From contig JAGCDH010000021.1 of the NCBI GenBank assembly GCA_017651165.1, positions 10,758 to 74,757 of the forward strand: a stretch of DNA of 64,000 bases. Reading direction: 5' to 3'. This document shows, piece after piece, positions 1-9,169 of this stretch. The translations under genes were made by a program, and so were the position numbers. The notes under the pieces were generated by a model. That model searched no databases, was not told the DNA's origin, and worked only from the letters and a program-made list of their open reading frames with translations. The number at the start of each line of letters is the position of its first letter. The stretch's first letter is position 1. The DNA is from Bacilli bacterium (GTDB lineage: Bacteria > Bacillota_I > Bacilli_A > RFN20 > CAG-826).

Positions 1-1140
1 AGCAAAGGAATCAAAAGAGAACAATGCGGTTTTGCCATCACTGCTATATAAGATATCCTTTTCTGGAACCACTCTATTATGTTCATCATAAGCATTGTAT
101 GCTTGGGTACGATGATACTCGAGTGTTGTTTTTAACATGCCACGAGATCTAGTGGCTTCACCATAACGACGTCTTTGGAAATCGCTATCACCCCAGGCCT
201 TATTTGTGCTCACTAAAGCAGTATGACCATCATCAAGAATGGCTAAAGCATCAGCATAGGCCTGTGGTCGAGACGAACCATCTTTTGAAAATAGGCCGTT
301 ATAGAAGCCTTTTGCTTTATAGTAGCTGGAGAATGATTTGATATTTTTATAATCCTTTAGACCATAAAGGTTATCCATCGTGTATAAAAATAAACCAGCA
401 TTGTATTTAAGAAGATATGATGGAATAGGAGCGTTGTTTGCTATTGATTCCATTTGTGTATCAAAACTATAATTAGTGCCTTCGTCATAGAAATATTTCT
501 CAGCATAATTATCTGTATCTCTTGTAGAGATAATGTGTTTGTAATTATAAGTAAAGTAGATAGATGAACTATCAGTAAATGTTAAATCTAAAAGGCCTAA
601 TGGATAGTAACGATCCTCGTTATATTTAAAAGAAGAAATGCCATAGTTAGCGTAAGAATAATAAAGCATGCCATTACCACCGATTAAAAGAGCCTTACCA
701 TCGTTTTTTAAACCGTAATTGAGGGCTTTTAAATCTCGTGGATCATCGTCATCTTCATAGGCCGCTTCAAGATTACCACCAATCATAATCTCTTTAGAGA
801 CATTGCTGAATTGCGCGGCAAATACAGGTGCCTCACCTTTATAAACCATCCAGGATGTGACATAGCCATAATTGGTTATTTCGCTTTTCACATCGCTAGC
901 AAAATGGCTTTCATATAATGAAGCATATTGTTTGAGAGTGAGATATGGGATCAGTTCTTCACCTTCTTTGAAGGCTGCTTTTACTGTAGTTTGAAAAGCA
1001 TCTGCTAATTGGCCATCACTTTGAATGGTGTCAATGTCATAAACAGAGATATCTTTTTCGATAACTTTAAGTTGAGAAAATGAACAAGAAGTTAAAGAGA
1101 TAGCGGCAAGAATTAAAGATGAAACTAATCTTTTTTTCAT
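1..1140 (-). CDS. Lipoprotein, N-terminal 380 aa only (C-terminus lies outside the window); function unknown
   Basis: The minus-strand frame is open to position 1, with ATG at 1138-1140. The N-terminus MKKRLVSSLILAAISLTSCSF is a signal peptide plus lipobox Cys. It is absent from the ORF track because it is truncated. Confidence 0.6.
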   Translation of the reverse strand, partial: MKKRLVSSLILAAISLTSCSFSQLKVIEKDISVYDIDTIQSDGQLADAFQTTVKAAFKEGEELIPYLTLKQYASLYESHFASDVKSEITNYGYVTSWMVYKGEAPVFAAQFSNVSKEIMIGGNLEAAYEDDDDPRDLKALNYGLKNDGKALLIGGNGMLYYSYANYGISSFKYNEDRYYPLGLLDLTFTDSSSIYFTYNYKHIISTRDTDNYAEKYFYDEGTNYSFDTQMESIANNAPIPSYLLKYNAGLFLYTMDNLYGLKDYKNIKSFSSYYKAKGFYNGLFSKDGSSRPQAYADALAILDDGHTALVSTNKAWGDSDFQRRRYGEATRSRGMLKTTLEYHRTQAYNAYDEHNRVVPEKDILYSSDGKTALFSFDSFA

Positions 1141-1149
1141 AGCCTTCCC

Positions 1150-1854
1150 CTATTTCTCAGAATTATTCTCTTCTTTTTTAGCGAGATTATTTGGTACCCA
1201 GAATTTCTTATTAATGAAATAACAGAATACCGCTAAAGCGATACATACAGACTTACCAATCAGTGAGCCTAAGAACATCGAAAGTGTATACACGTTCCCG
1301 TTCATTTCCACTAAAGCGATACCACCATAATAGAAGATGGCGTGGATAATTGTAGAAACCGCAATTGATAAAGGAAGGATGATGTAATCACTAACTTTTA
1401 ATTTGCGGAGTTTGATAGTAATAAGGATTAAAATCCAAACACCAACGATTGTGCCAATTGAGGAGAATAGATAGTAAGAGAAATCTCTAAAGACCTCTTT
1501 GACAAAACCTTGCTTGGCTAATTCGGCGAATAATTCAATAATGGCACTGATGATAATTGCGGCCACGGTTGTTAAGGTCATCTTTTTAGCGTCTTGATAA
1601 CCATAATCAAGAACTCTCACTACAATCGTATACATAAATAATGTATACAACACTACTTCGATGCTAAAAACAAACTCCCCTACTACGATTCCGTATTGAA
1701 GAGGATTAAAGATATTAGCATTAACTGCACAGCCAATCGCCACACCTAAAAGAGTGGGAATATCAACCCATTTTCTGAATAAGGTGGTCAAGGCGAAGGC
1801 CACGAACATAAAGATAATAATTAATGCAAAATCCATAGGAAAATTAGTATACAC
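1150..1854 (-). CDS. Polytopic integral membrane protein (about 6 TM), function unknown
   Basis: 234-aa ORF that is hydrophobic throughout. The track start is GTG; an in-frame ATG (MDFALIII...) lies at 1836. No clear SD precedes either start. Confidence 0.5.
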   Translation of the reverse strand: MYTNFPMDFALIIIFMFVAFALTTLFRKWVDIPTLLGVAIGCAVNANIFNPLQYGIVVGEFVFSIEVVLYTLFMYTIVVRVLDYGYQDAKKMTLTTVAAIIISAIIELFAELAKQGFVKEVFRDFSYYLFSSIGTIVGVWILILITIKLRKLKVSDYIILPLSIAVSTIIHAIFYYGGIALVEMNGNVYTLSMFLGSLIGKSVCIALAVFCYFINKKFWVPNNLAKKEENNSEK

Positions 1855-1881
1855 ATATTATCAAAATTGAAAATAGTTTTT

Positions 1882-2820
1882 TTACGCTGCTTGAGGAATT
1901 GGTTCGGGTTCTTTTTTATCTTCTAATAAACCTTTTCTAATGCAGATTTCATTAGCAAAGTAGAAGACCACCATGACGATTAAAGCACCCATGCATGTAT
2001 CGGTTAAGTAGTGAGCACCCACCATTAATCTTGTGAACATCATGAGAGCGCCATAAGCGATACCACCATAGAAGAAGAACAATTCTTTGCCTTTGAGTTT
2101 TGGGAAGAATTTGGAAATAAATGGTAAGACCGCGGCGATAACAATACCGGCACCGGAGTGACCACTTGGGAATGATTTGAATTCTTCTTTGGTAAGTGTG
2201 ATTCCAGGAGCAATTGTTTTACCAATAAAGTCTTTATATTCTGGGAACATTTGCCACCAGTTATAGTAGAAGGCATCTTCACCACCATAGTAAACAGCCA
2301 TACGATAACGTGGTCTATGAATAATAAGTTTAATCGCATAGCCTGCTGGTAAGAGTGAGATAGCGTAAGCAATGCCTAAAACTAAACAAATTGCCCACAG
2401 TTGTTTGGCATCACCTTTACGGCAAACAAAATAACCACCGCAGAAGCAACCACTGAACACAATAGCGCAGATAGCATAGCTAAGAGGCGCTAATTTAGGA
2501 ACGTCATGCCCGTTTGTGGATGGCCATTCTCTTCCGCAGAGGAAGACGGATAAGCCAAGCGCAACTGCACTTAATACATAACAAACTATCTTAAGCCAAA
2601 GCTTTAATTCTTTTCTTCTTAATGTGGTGCTTAAAAGTCCACCACCAATGAATGATAAACAGATATAACAAGGATAGACACCAAAAGATGCCATAAATAA
2701 TCCAAAGCCATTCTTTTCATTAAATAAGGCTTTATCAATTTGTAGATCGAAGAATGATCCGATAATAAAGCCGACCAGTAATAAACCGATAATAATCAGT
2801 AGATGAAGTCTTTTTTTCAT
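1882..2820 (-). CDS. PAP2-family membrane phosphatase
   Basis: Carries the PAP2 motifs KSFPSGHS and FTRLMVGAHYLTD (SRxxxxxHxxxD-like), has multiple TM helices, and has a GGAGAGAG SD upstream of the ATG. Confidence 0.75.
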   Translation of the reverse strand: MKKRLHLLIIIGLLLVGFIIGSFFDLQIDKALFNEKNGFGLFMASFGVYPCYICLSFIGGGLLSTTLRRKELKLWLKIVCYVLSAVALGLSVFLCGREWPSTNGHDVPKLAPLSYAICAIVFSGCFCGGYFVCRKGDAKQLWAICLVLGIAYAISLLPAGYAIKLIIHRPRYRMAVYYGGEDAFYYNWWQMFPEYKDFIGKTIAPGITLTKEEFKSFPSGHSGAGIVIAAVLPFISKFFPKLKGKELFFFYGGIAYGALMMFTRLMVGAHYLTDTCMGALIVMVVFYFANEICIRKGLLEDKKEPEPIPQAA

Positions 2821-2914
2821 AATCTCTCTCCAAGGATTTACTGAGTAATTTTATCATTTTTTCTAATGTTTATCATTTGTAATTTAAGTTCATATATGCC
2901 AAAATGCTAAAAGT

Positions 2915-3601
2915 ATGGTGCTTAACAAGAAAAATCTCTGTAAATTTTTAGATGATGCATTAGCCTTCGTTAATGACGAAGAAAATGATTTAGCTAATTC
3001 ATATAAGACTGCGATTGAGAATAACGAATCAACTTATAATTCTTTTGTCGGCGCTTTAAACCTTGTTAAAAATGTTTTAAAAGAAGATTTAGAGTTCTTC
3101 TTAGATAGTGACCCTGCCGCCACTAGCACAGAAGAAATCAAATTAGCGTATCCTGGCTATAGAGCCATCGAAATATATCGTATTAGTCACGCTTTATATG
3201 AATTAGGATATAAAGTCCAAGCGAGATTCATTTCTGAAGTTGCACATTCTAATACCGGCATTGATATTCATCCAGCTGCGCATATCTCCTATCCATTCTT
3301 TATTGACCACGGTACAGGTATTGTCATCGGTGAAACTTCAACGATTGGTAAAAGAGCAAAAATCTATCAATGTGTGACATTAGGCGCTGTTTCTTTAAGC
3401 AACGCGAAAGAGTTAAGAGGTGCTAAAAGACATCCACAAGTTGGTGATGATGTCACCATCTATGCTGGTGCTTCTTTATTAGGCCCAATCAATATTGGCA
3501 ATAACGTCACTATTGGTTCTAACGTCTTTTTAACTAAAGATATCGCTAATAATGTTAAAGTCATTATCGGTGAACCTGAATTAATTTACAAAAACAAGTA
3601 G
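2915..3601 (+). CDS. cysE: Serine O-acetyltransferase
   Basis: Contains DPAA...YPGYRAIEIYRISHAL, GIDIHPAA and IDHGTGIVIGETS blocks, plus hexapeptide repeats (VGDDVTIYAGASLLGPINIGNNVTIGSNV). Confidence 0.85.
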   Translation: MVLNKKNLCKFLDDALAFVNDEENDLANSYKTAIENNESTYNSFVGALNLVKNVLKEDLEFFLDSDPAATSTEEIKLAYPGYRAIEIYRISHALYELGYKVQARFISEVAHSNTGIDIHPAAHISYPFFIDHGTGIVIGETSTIGKRAKIYQCVTLGAVSLSNAKELRGAKRHPQVGDDVTIYAGASLLGPINIGNNVTIGSNVFLTKDIANNVKVIIGEPELIYKNK

Positions 3602-3659
3602 TTTTTGAATATATTGTTTTTTAGTATTACTATCATTTTTTCTTATAGGAGGAATTATT

Positions 3660-4142
3660 ATGAGCAGTATTTATGATTTCAAAGCCAATGACTATAAAGG
3701 CAATGAAGTTGATCTCAGCATTTATAAAGGCCAAGTGGTCTTGATTGTGAACACCGCGACCAAATGTGGATTCACACCACAATATGATGGTCTTGAAACT
3801 TTATACGAAAAATATAAAGATGAAGGATTTACAATCTTAGATTTCCCATGCAACCAATTCTTTGCACAAGCACCAGGCACAAGTGAAGAAATACATACAG
3901 CCTGTACATTAAGATTCAATATCAAATTCCCACAATTTGAGAAGATCAATGTGAATGGTAAAGATGCCCATCCATTATTCGTTTATCTCTGTTCTCAAAA
4001 TGAAAAAGGGAAGGTTAAAAGAGTTAAATGGAATTTCACCAAATTCTTAATTGGTAGAAACGGTGAATTCTTGGGTAGATTTGGCCCAACTGAAAAGCCA
4101 GAAAGTTTTGAAGACGCGATTAAAGAAGCATTAAAGAAATAG
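3660..4142 (+). CDS. gpx: Glutathione peroxidase family protein (Cys type)
   Basis: Carries the GPx signatures NTATKCGFTPQY, LDFPCNQF and WNFTKFL. Confidence 0.85.
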   Translation: MSSIYDFKANDYKGNEVDLSIYKGQVVLIVNTATKCGFTPQYDGLETLYEKYKDEGFTILDFPCNQFFAQAPGTSEEIHTACTLRFNIKFPQFEKINVNGKDAHPLFVYLCSQNEKGKVKRVKWNFTKFLIGRNGEFLGRFGPTEKPESFEDAIKEALKK

Positions 4143-4144
4143 TT

Positions 4145-5257
4145 ATGCAAAATAGAAGCAAGATTATTGTTAGAACCAGTATCATTGGTATCCTAGCAAA
4201 CCTCGGACTTGTCGCTATCAAGCTCGTGGTTGGTTTAATCGCGCTTTCTGTTTCCATCATCATGGACGCAGTCAACAACTTAAGTGATGCCTTATCAAGC
4301 ACTATTACCGTTATTGGCACCAAATTATCACAAAAGAAGCCAGACGCGAAACATCCTTATGGCCATGGACGTATCGAATATGTCACCAGTTTAGTTATCG
4401 GAATTATCATTCTTGTCGCTGGTGGTTTAGCGATTTATGAGTCCATCATGAGTATTGTTAATAAAGTTCAACCGACATTTGAAGTTTATTCCGTGATTCT
4501 CATTGGTGTTGCGGTTATTGTGAAGATCGTTTTAGGCCTATATTTCCGTCACGTTGGTAAAAAAGTTAATAGCGAAGCACTTAAAGGAAGTGGCGTCGAC
4601 GCTTTATTTGATGCGTTACTTTCATTCGCCACTTTAGTATCTATTATCGTGTGGTTTGCTTCTGATAAAAAAGCAGTCATTGAAGGTTATATCGGTGCCA
4701 TCATTGGTTTATTCATGTTGAAGTCTGGTATTGATGTTTTAAGAAACTCCTTAAGCAGCATTATCGGTGAAAGAACAAGTAAAGAAACCGCTGAAGCAAT
4801 TAAGCATTTAGTGTGTGAAAATGAACAAGTTTTAGGCGCCTACGATTTGATTGTTAATAACTATGGTCCAGATAGAGGTATTGGTTCTATTCATATCGAA
4901 GTGGATGATAAGATGACCGCGAAAGAAATTCATCCATTAACTAGAAACATTGCGTATCAAGTCTATGAAAAGTTCGGCATTATTATGACTGTCGGTGTTT
5001 ATGCCTCCAATTCTAGCAATAAAGAAATTGCTAAGATTAGAGACGCGATTAAAAAAGAAGTTTTGGATCATCCAACAATCAAGCAAATGCATGGTTTCTA
5101 TTGTGACCAAGAAGCGAAAACAATTACATTCGATGTCATCGTAGACTTTAAAGACAAAAACTCTTCAGCGTTAATCGAAGAAATAAAAAAGAACCTTATT
5201 GAAAGGTTCCCTGATTATCACTTCTATATTGTCGAAGACAAAGACTTCTCAGATTGA
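4145..5257 (+). CDS. Cation diffusion facilitator (CDF) family metal efflux transporter
   Basis: Six N-terminal TM helices, an HPYGHGRIEY motif and a C-terminal cytoplasmic domain. It starts 2 nt after the gpx stop. Confidence 0.8.
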   Translation: MQNRSKIIVRTSIIGILANLGLVAIKLVVGLIALSVSIIMDAVNNLSDALSSTITVIGTKLSQKKPDAKHPYGHGRIEYVTSLVIGIIILVAGGLAIYESIMSIVNKVQPTFEVYSVILIGVAVIVKIVLGLYFRHVGKKVNSEALKGSGVDALFDALLSFATLVSIIVWFASDKKAVIEGYIGAIIGLFMLKSGIDVLRNSLSSIIGERTSKETAEAIKHLVCENEQVLGAYDLIVNNYGPDRGIGSIHIEVDDKMTAKEIHPLTRNIAYQVYEKFGIIMTVGVYASNSSNKEIAKIRDAIKKEVLDHPTIKQMHGFYCDQEAKTITFDVIVDFKDKNSSALIEEIKKNLIERFPDYHFYIVEDKDFSD

Positions 5258-5258
5258 T

Positions 5259-5846
5259 TTATAAGTATCGGTTCAATTCTTCTAAAGAGATTGGACCTTT
5301 TCTTACTAATTTAATCTCTTCCCCTGTTAAATCAATAATCGTGGAAGGTTCTCCACTACTGATTTTACCTGGAACGACAACAGCGATTTCATCTTTGAAG
5401 ATTTCTTTAACTTCACCTTCAGTAAGCGCTGGCTTTTGATCCGCTTTATTCGCAGATGGGACTAAAAGTGGTTTCTTAATATACGCTAATAAATCTAAGG
5501 CTTCTTTGTTGCTTGGAACTCTGATACCAATAATGCCTGTATTGTGCGTGACATAATTAGGAACATTTTCTTTGCTCTTCACTAAGATAGTTAATGAACC
5601 AGGCATAAACTTACTTATAAGTTTTTGATATTTCTTATCGACATAAGCATATGTAGATATCGCGTTTACATCCGCGAGCATCATTGTGTAGGGCTTGTCT
5701 TCTCTTCTTTGCTTAACTTTATTTAAAAGTTCATAGGCTTCTTGATCATCATAAAAAACACCTAAACCAAAAACAGTTTCTGTAGGAAACGCAATGACTT
5801 GATGATTATTTAAGGCCTCTACTACTTTTTGATAAACACTATTCAT
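5259..5846 (-). CDS. tsaC: L-threonylcarbamoyladenylate synthase (YrdC/TsaC type)
   Basis: Contains the YrdC/Sua5 core VIAFPTETVFGLG. I trimmed the track ORF to the ATG at 5846 (MNSVYQK...) because the longer form overlaps the upstream lipoprotein gene by more than 100 nt. Confidence 0.75.
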   Translation of the reverse strand: MNSVYQKVVEALNNHQVIAFPTETVFGLGVFYDDQEAYELLNKVKQRREDKPYTMMLADVNAISTYAYVDKKYQKLISKFMPGSLTILVKSKENVPNYVTHNTGIIGIRVPSNKEALDLLAYIKKPLLVPSANKADQKPALTEGEVKEIFKDEIAVVVPGKISSGEPSTIIDLTGEEIKLVRKGPISLEELNRYL

Positions 5847-6342
5847 TTGGGATGTCCGCTGGTTTTGTTGCCAATCCTTGTTCGTTACCAATAGAAACAT
5901 AGCCAAATATGTAATACACGCCTTTTGCACGTTTACTAACCGCGGTAAAGGCATCACTTCTCACTTTGACATAACCATAGGTCGCAGTTGGATCTTCGCA
6001 AGTTCCTTTGATATTGACCTTCATGATACGGCTGTTATAACGTGAAACTGTTGTAACAGTTTTACCTTTCAAACTCGCAGATAAAGTAAAGTATGCTGGT
6101 TTGAGTTTGGTATTCCATGTAATATCATATGTCTCCATATCACTACCTTCTTCTGTAAAGGAGAGATTGATGAGATAGAGAGAATCAATACTATCACCTC
6201 TAGAGATTTGATAACACATGCCTTCGTTATATTGATTAGAATCACTTGTTTCTAAACAAAGTAAAGACGGTCCTTCAGAACACGCGGTCAATGAGAGGGC
6301 GGCAGTACCTAATAATAACGCTAATTTGTTTGGTTTTTTCAT
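5839..6342 (-). CDS. Small lipoprotein, function unknown
   Basis: MKKPNKLALLLGTAALSLTACSEG is a signal peptide plus lipobox. ATG lies at 6340-6342 (the track start is a GTG 6 nt upstream). Confidence 0.65.
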   Translation of the reverse strand: MKKPNKLALLLGTAALSLTACSEGPSLLCLETSDSNQYNEGMCYQISRGDSIDSLYLINLSFTEEGSDMETYDITWNTKLKPAYFTLSASLKGKTVTTVSRYNSRIMKVNIKGTCEDPTATYGYVKVRSDAFTAVSKRAKGVYYIFGYVSIGNEQGLATKPADIPNE

Positions 6343-6478
6343 AGCCACTTAATTATAAGAATATTTATCAAATATTGATAGCATTTTTATCTATTTGTCA
6401 CACCCTGAAAAATAAGTAGATACTATTTTTATTTAGGTTGTGCTATATTTTCAATATTAGTAAGGGGACATTTTAATA

Positions 6479-7426
6479 ATGAAACATTTAATCGTTTTTA
6501 ATCCAGGCGCCGGTAAAAATGAAGGCACTGAACCTTTTAGAAAGATCATCGACGAAAAATTCGCTGGCTTAGACTATGAAGTTTATGAAACAGAAGGTCC
6601 AAGAAGCGTTATTCCATTTTTAAAGAAATATTTAGCAAAACAAAAAGATACAGTGAGAGTCTATGCTTGTGGCGGTGACGGCACAGTCCACGAAGTCGCT
6701 AATGGCTTAGTGGGTGCTAAGAACGCTGAACTTGCCATCTTACCAATTGGTACAGGCAATGACTTTGTTAAAACATATGGTGTAACCAATGAAGAGATTG
6801 AAAAGTATCGTGACTTTACTCCATTAATCAAAGGTGAAGCCAAACCAATCGACTTAAGCAAAATCTCTGGTGGCAACTTAGAAGAACCATGGTATTCCAT
6901 TAACGTCATTAACTTTGGTTTCGACGCCATTGTCGGTGCACGTGGTAGCTATTATAAAGAACACGGTTTCCCAAAGAAAGTTAAAGAAGGCACCAATCCT
7001 TATGACTATGCCTTAAAGCATGATGCGATGAAACATGGTCGTTTCAACAACATTGAAGTTTTCGCTGATGGTGAAAAACTCAATGAAAAACAATTACTTT
7101 TAACCACCTTAGCCCAAGGTCAATGGGTTGGCGGCCAATTCAAATGCGCACCAAAGAGCGATAACACCGATGGTTTAATCGATGTCTGCGTCATGAAGAC
7201 CATGACCTTAATCGGTTTAGGTATGATTATTGGTACCTATACCAAAGGTAAACACTTAGATAAACCAAGAAAGAAATTCGTTTATCGTCAAGCCAAAGAA
7301 ATCAAAATGGTTTCCGCGGAAGAATTCGACGTTTGTGTTGATGGCGAAATGATCAGAGGTAAAGAATTCACAGTTGAAGTTTGCCCAGCCGCTATCAAAT
7401 TAGTCCCACCAAGCAGAGCTGAATAA
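6479..7426 (+). CDS. Diacylglycerol/lipid kinase family protein (DagK/YegS/BmrU type)
   Basis: Carries the DAGK catalytic motifs ACGGDGTVHEVANGL and PIGTGNDF, with an AAGGGGA SD. Confidence 0.8.
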   Translation: MKHLIVFNPGAGKNEGTEPFRKIIDEKFAGLDYEVYETEGPRSVIPFLKKYLAKQKDTVRVYACGGDGTVHEVANGLVGAKNAELAILPIGTGNDFVKTYGVTNEEIEKYRDFTPLIKGEAKPIDLSKISGGNLEEPWYSINVINFGFDAIVGARGSYYKEHGFPKKVKEGTNPYDYALKHDAMKHGRFNNIEVFADGEKLNEKQLLLTTLAQGQWVGGQFKCAPKSDNTDGLIDVCVMKTMTLIGLGMIIGTYTKGKHLDKPRKKFVYRQAKEIKMVSAEEFDVCVDGEMIRGKEFTVEVCPAAIKLVPPSRAE

Positions 7427-7428
7427 CA

Positions 7429-8244
7429 ATGTTTGCTTCGATTATTGCGGTTATTGCCGCATTAGCACTATCGATTTCTAGTGCTTTCACTTTCTGGCCT
7501 GTCCATCAATGGTACGATTTCTATCGTCCTTTAGTGATGCTTCTTGCAGGCTATGTCGCTGGTATTGGTATCTGTTGGATCTTCTATGATATCAACGGCA
7601 GAATCATATCTTCCTATAAAAAGAAATATGATAAGCCATCTAAATGGGCGAGATTCTTATTGAATAATGGCATGGAATATGTTGATTTCCACGCTAGAGT
7701 CAGAGTCAAAAAAGTCGGTTTAGAAAAGATTCCTAATGAACCATTCTTATTAGTCAGCAATCATAAATCCAAATTCGATCCAATGATTGTGGCGGCAGTT
7801 TTAAAGAAAAGAGATCTCGCTTTCATTACTAAAGACAGCAATATGAAGATTCCATTAGCAGCGCGCTTAATGTGGCGTAACTGCTATATGCCTGTCGATC
7901 GTAGCGATAAGTTACAATCTCTTGAACAATTCAAAAGAGCGGCAGAATTAATTGGTTCAGGCGCTTCCTCTGTTGGTGTTTATCCGGAAGGAAGTAGGCA
8001 AGACGGACATATCGTTCTCTCTGAATTCCATAATGGCGTCTTCAATATCGCCACTAAAACGGGATGTCCAGTTGTCATTGTGACCATGAGAAATACACTC
8101 AAGATTCATAAGAACTTCCCATTCAAGAAAACACGAGTGGAAATGAGAGTAGTCCAAGTCTTATATAAAGAAGACTACGCTAATATGAATTCTGCTGAGT
8201 TATCCGATCATGTTCATAAGATCATGTTGGATGACTTAGAGTAA
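7429..8244 (+). CDS. plsC: 1-acyl-sn-glycerol-3-phosphate acyltransferase
   Basis: N-terminal TM, HxxxxD box (SNHKSKFDP) and YPEGSR box. It starts 2 nt after the lipid kinase stop. Confidence 0.8.
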   Translation: MFASIIAVIAALALSISSAFTFWPVHQWYDFYRPLVMLLAGYVAGIGICWIFYDINGRIISSYKKKYDKPSKWARFLLNNGMEYVDFHARVRVKKVGLEKIPNEPFLLVSNHKSKFDPMIVAAVLKKRDLAFITKDSNMKIPLAARLMWRNCYMPVDRSDKLQSLEQFKRAAELIGSGASSVGVYPEGSRQDGHIVLSEFHNGVFNIATKTGCPVVIVTMRNTLKIHKNFPFKKTRVEMRVVQVLYKEDYANMNSAELSDHVHKIMLDDLE

Positions 8245-8257
8245 TAGTTTATAACTT

Positions 8258-8295
8258 AAAATAGAAGGCATTTTAATTGTTTTCTATTTTTAATA
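8258..8295 (+). terminator. Intrinsic terminator after plsC
   Basis: Stem AAAAUAGAA/UUCUAUUUU followed by a U-rich tail. Confidence 0.5.
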
Positions 8296-8314
8296 GTGCT
8301 ATTCTTTTGGCAAT

Positions 8315-9169
8315 ATGGAAAAAGAAAATATTATTAAAAAATATTTGGGCGAAAGCGCTCAAATTGAAAAACAAATTCTTGGGGGCATGATGAATGGTTC
8401 CTTTTTAGTGGACTATCAAGACAAGAAATATATTTTATATATGCCCACTCCTCAGGCTAACGAAATGGTCAACCGCAAGGAAGAAAAAAGACACCTTGAT
8501 ATCGTTTACCCATTAGGGGTTACTAGTAAAAATGTTTATTTTGATATCCCTTCTGGTATTAAGATTAACGAATTCATTGAAGGCGAATCACTTAATAACC
8601 TCGATAACTATAACGAAGAAAAAGTCGCTGGTATTTTAAGAAAATTACATCAATCAGGACTTAAAAGTAATTTAGATTATCAACCATTTGAAAGATTCTT
8701 AGGTTTTGAAAAAGAAGCTTTAGAATTCTGTGATTTAAGCGATGATTATCGCGCTTTTAAAGAATTGCTTTTCTCTAATAGAGAGTATTTAGAAAGTGAT
8801 CCAAAAGTCCTTTCTCATAACGACTTTCAAAAGAGCAATATCGTCTTTAATCCAAAAGATGGTCACTATTACATGATTGACTTTGAATTCATGGCCAACA
8901 ATACTGAGATTTATGATATTGCTTGCTTCGCAAATAACGATGTTAACGATGGCTTAAGACTTTTAAGAGCCTACTTTGGTAATCCAAGCATTGAGCAAAC
9001 AAGAAAGTTCTATTTGTGGAGAATATTCGTTTCAATGCAATGGTATTTAGTGGCCATCATCAAACACTACCGTAAAGAAGGTGAAAAGCATCACTTCAAT
9101 TTCTTAGCGGTCGCTGATCATTTTATGAATATCGCGAAAACGGCTTATGAAGGATTAAATAATTTATGA
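8315..9169 (+). CDS. Choline/ethanolamine kinase-like phosphotransferase (APH/LicA fold)
   Basis: Brenner-type motif SHNDFQKSNIVF and IDFEF. ATGA overlap with the next gene. Confidence 0.65.
   Translation: MEKENIIKKYLGESAQIEKQILGGMMNGSFLVDYQDKKYILYMPTPQANEMVNRKEEKRHLDIVYPLGVTSKNVYFDIPSGIKINEFIEGESLNNLDNYNEEKVAGILRKLHQSGLKSNLDYQPFERFLGFEKEALEFCDLSDDYRAFKELLFSNREYLESDPKVLSHNDFQKSNIVFNPKDGHYYMIDFEFMANNTEIYDIACFANNDVNDGLRLLRAYFGNPSIEQTRKFYLWRIFVSMQWYLVAIIKHYRKEGEKHHFNFLAVADHFMNIAKTAYEGLNNL

Noticed and set aside
5254-5957. The plus-strand ORF 5254-5439, and the long form of the tsaC ORF (start at 5957).
   Set aside because: The plus-strand ORF is antisense to tsaC and has no motifs. The long tsaC form would overlap the upstream lipoprotein gene by about 120 nt and would add a non-conserved N-terminus.
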